NCBI GenBank assembly: GCA_040954595.2
Contig: CM082598.2
Span: 9,439,097-9,503,096 of the forward strand
DNA from: Balanoglossus misakiensis
Taxonomy: Eukaryota; Animalia; Hemichordata
DNA length: 64,000 nt
Direction: 5' to 3'
The position numbers and the translations under genes were made by a program. This document shows, piece after piece, positions 61,022 to 64,000 of this stretch. The notes beneath the pieces were generated by a model, which searched no databases, had not been told where the DNA came from, and saw nothing but the letters and a program-made list of their open reading frames with translations. Each line of letters starts with the position of its first letter. Position 1 is the first letter of the stretch.

Positions 61022-61393
61022 GTCAAGCTGTGCTTCCAGCTGCTGGACTTCTGGATCTGTGGGATAAGGGCCAGCAAAGCCATTTTAGACATATGAGCAG
61101 GTAATGAATTGTAGGTACAGATAGGGTGATAAACACCCCCTGGATCAAACAGTGAATGCAAACGTAACAGCTGACCCGGCTCATGTGGTCTAGAAATCGC
61201 ATCTGGAATATTGTTCAGTTAGCCAGGAACATACATTGCCTGCACAGAGAAATTGAAAACAGCAGATAGCCAAAACAGTGAACGCAGGCTATCCATAATT
61301 ACAGCATGTTTTGAAATTCCTTTGTTTATCACATACATAGCTCCGCATATTACCATAGTATGACGTCAGACGTAGGTAAATATGCACCAAGCA

Positions 61394-63456
61394 TTATTAG
61401 GGGACCAAGCGCCTGAAGCGCTTCTGTTATTGCTGGAGTTTGTCTTCTTTCTTCTTGAGTCGTTTTTTTGCGCCCGTTTTTCTCTGAAATTCCGGCAGGT
61501 GCGCCTTCCAAATTTGGCACGGTGGTTGGGGCCCATGAGTACTGGTGCACCTGCCCTTTGAATATGAAATTAGTCACGTTACTTTGTGGCTATGATCGAG
61601 CGAAATTTTCAAATTGACCTAATTTGCACGTTAATGGGGGCATGTACATTCTTTTCGCGATTTTTGTAGACCGTGTGGCCAAAATCCCCTGTGCCAAATT
61701 TCAAGGTCCTAGGCCACGTCGATTTTGAGAAGAAGATTTTTGTAATATTTTTTCGCATTTTTTGGTGGGCTGAGGACGGACACTGGGGCATCGGACTGAC
61801 CGTCATTACGTAATGTTGTGGAGATCTCATTAGCAGGCGGGTTGCAGTAGTCCTTGGAAAATCGGCTGAAATACGTAAACAGACCAGTGATTATTTTCCA
61901 CGGAATGAATTTTGGGACAACACATTATCGGAGTTCAGGCTGTGTTAGGGCGTTTTATTGAATTACGCTGAGTTTGTTAGCTGTTGCCGTTCAAATGTGT
62001 CTACGCAGACCCAGCTACACTGGTTAGCATTGCGGCAGCGGACTTTGACCCTCAGTCGCTAATGTTGTGGGAGGTTTCATTAGCATGGTAGTCACATGTA
62101 GTGGATAGTAGTTCGGGAAATTGGCCGAAATACGTAAGCAGACCAGTGATTTTCTTGCACGAAGGGAGTATGGTACCAGCAATAATCAGAGATCAGGCTT
62201 CGTTGCCGTTCAAAAGTTCCTACTTCAGTCGTGACGTTGCAACTGGACGTTCAGTATGGGGTTCGGCCCGCAGGTGGCCGTGGGGGTTATCAGGTCCCCC
62301 GTAATGGCACGAAGCTTCATGCAGCTGTATGGGACCAAAATAATACGCCCGATTCGGGGGTCACCTGTGACACCTGCGTAACTCAATTATGTGCATGCGT
62401 AATTGTGGGGTCAATGAAAGGGATGCTAGCTTGGTATTTGTTGCACATGGATCAAAATGAAGTCCGATTTTCCTGTCAAGTTGTGGGCGACCTTATGTGA
62501 CATTTCACCTACTTTTGCTTAGTGAATAACAGCAGATGCATGCAGCTTTGGCGTGGTGGGGGGATATACGGATGGGACCATAATGATATACCAAATGCGG
62601 GGTCACCTGTTGCACCTGCCGAAGTCATTGATTTTGTACATTTAATTGGACACTAACCAACAGGGCAATAGGTGTGGTTTTTGTTCCACAGGGACGAATG
62701 TAAGTGTCAGTTTGTTTTTGCCCAAATGTATAAGTTGATTTGGATGACCTCTGTCGTACAGTGCCATATCTCAGCCCATTGTACAGGTGCAGCTTTGGTA
62801 TTTGGAGGGATGAAACTATCATGAAATGCCAAATACAGGGGGATACCTGCGACACCTGCTTGATTCATGTATTACGTGCATACCGAATGGTAGGCAAAGT
62901 GAAAGGGCTGCAAATGTAGGATTTGTTGCACATGACCATAAACAGGAATGAAATTTTTTTGTCAAATTTTTGGGTGACCTCAGGTGTCCATTGACCTGCT
63001 TTCCATATGTTAGCACGCATATCATATATAGCCAGGTGGTTGGAGGGGTAGAGTAGGACCCTCTGCGTCATGAAATGCTAAATTCCTGGGGCCACCTGTA
63101 ACTTACTTGCGTAACTCATTATTATGGCCATATCTAATTTGACAAACCCAAACAGCGAGGATTTTCCGTTGTCTTGAATATGAACCAAATAAGAATCCTC
63201 ATTTTTGGCCCAAATTTTGGGTACCCTCTGCTGACCTTTGAAGTATACTTACTGAAGTACTTACAACGTAGAAGTTCACCTTTGGTTGTTGTGTTTGTAC
63301 TTGTAAGACATCCATTTCGGGTGGTTGCCTACTTCCCCATATCTCCACATCCAGAGCAAACACAGCCTACGCATTTGAATGGTACAACCCTGAATGGAGT
63401 CTAATGGTTATTAACTCTATGCTTGGGCCCCTTCAATGCTGCTTGCAGCTTTAATT
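61394..63456 (+). mobile_element. Full-length HINE-like element (~2.06 kb)
   Basis: ttatt-aggggaccaagc at the 5' end; gcttgggcccc, hairpin gctgcttgcagc and tttaatt at the 3' end; no TSD. Confidence 0.7.
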
Positions 63457-64000
63457 GTAATTACCATCCCTCTGACGTCACCAAAAGGAACTATTTTAAA
63501 CTTGTAAACAAAGTCCCCTTTGGGCGTCAAAATTCAGTGCAATTGTTGGTTTTATTTCGATATAAAAACATAAGCAAAGATAAATAAAATGTTTCGTATG
63601 TGTAAATATGGATGATCGACGATTAGTTTTACCTGTGTACATTTTTATCGCACCAACCGGCACCAAAACTGTCGTGAGGTCGGCAGTGCTGAGCCAATGT
63701 CGTCGCGTTGTCGAACGAGCGAAAGGTACAAATTTGAGTATTCGCAAAAAATGTTGATGCGACGATTAGAGCAAAACAGTCTAGTCATAAAGCAAAAGGC
63801 ATAAGAAAGGTTTCCTGCTCCAGTGAAACCTTGACGGACTATGAAATCCAGCTGACGCACGACAGACAGGTCCTCGCCAAAACCAGAATCGTCCAGGTCG
63901 TGACCCGAGTCACCTGACAGATAGACCGCATAACATCGATCTTCAATTTTGCACGAAATAGTTCCAAATTTTATCGCAACCACAAAAAGTTTTATTTGAA

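Larger units (their letters stand above)
56431..61350 (-). mobile_element. 5'-truncated DIRS-order (Ngaro/PAT-like) tyrosine-recombinase retroelement
   Basis: RNase H-like remnant at ~61350-61140 (INKG...LRSLFWLSAVFNF...PDAISR), a YR ORF, and identical 96-bp direct repeats at 59930-60025 and 56431-56526 (B1-A2-B2 layout). Confidence 0.82.

Noticed and set aside
63457-64000. 112-aa ORF at 63645-63983 and a possible next TTLL12 exon
   Set aside because: No recognisable motif and no match to the expected downstream TTLL12 peptide; probably part of another repeat cut by the window edge.

Overview
AT-rich animal genomic DNA, most likely a marine invertebrate; the species cannot be determined from the sequence. 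One host gene crosses the window on the + strand: nine GT-AG exons (6766-56178) splice in frame to 479 aa of a TTLL12 homologue (SET-like region plus TTL domain). Its first and last exons appear to lie outside the window. The introns are filled with nested mobile elements. These are: an intact 5.8-kb piggyBac with two internal tandem arrays; a decayed Gypsy-type LTR element containing an intact Mag-like Gypsy with identical LTRs; a BEL/Pao element; a Ngaro/PAT-type tyrosine-recombinase retroelement fragment interrupted by a LINE, itself interrupted by a pogo-like MITE; a CR1/L2-like fragment; a tRNA-derived SINE; Helentron-type HINEs; and MULE-, Kolobok-, hAT-, P- and Tc1/mariner-type MITEs. 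The most striking observation is that the two LTRs of the BEL/Pao element differ by an exactly removed 221-bp GT-AG intron. Also notable: a KQDD (not YxDD) RT motif in an apparently very recent Gypsy insertion, non-canonical CG...CG/CA LTR ends, and an Arg-to-Cys change in the TTL-family K-x-D-x-R motif of the host gene. All calls were made by eye. Family assignments rest on remembered motifs, not database searches.
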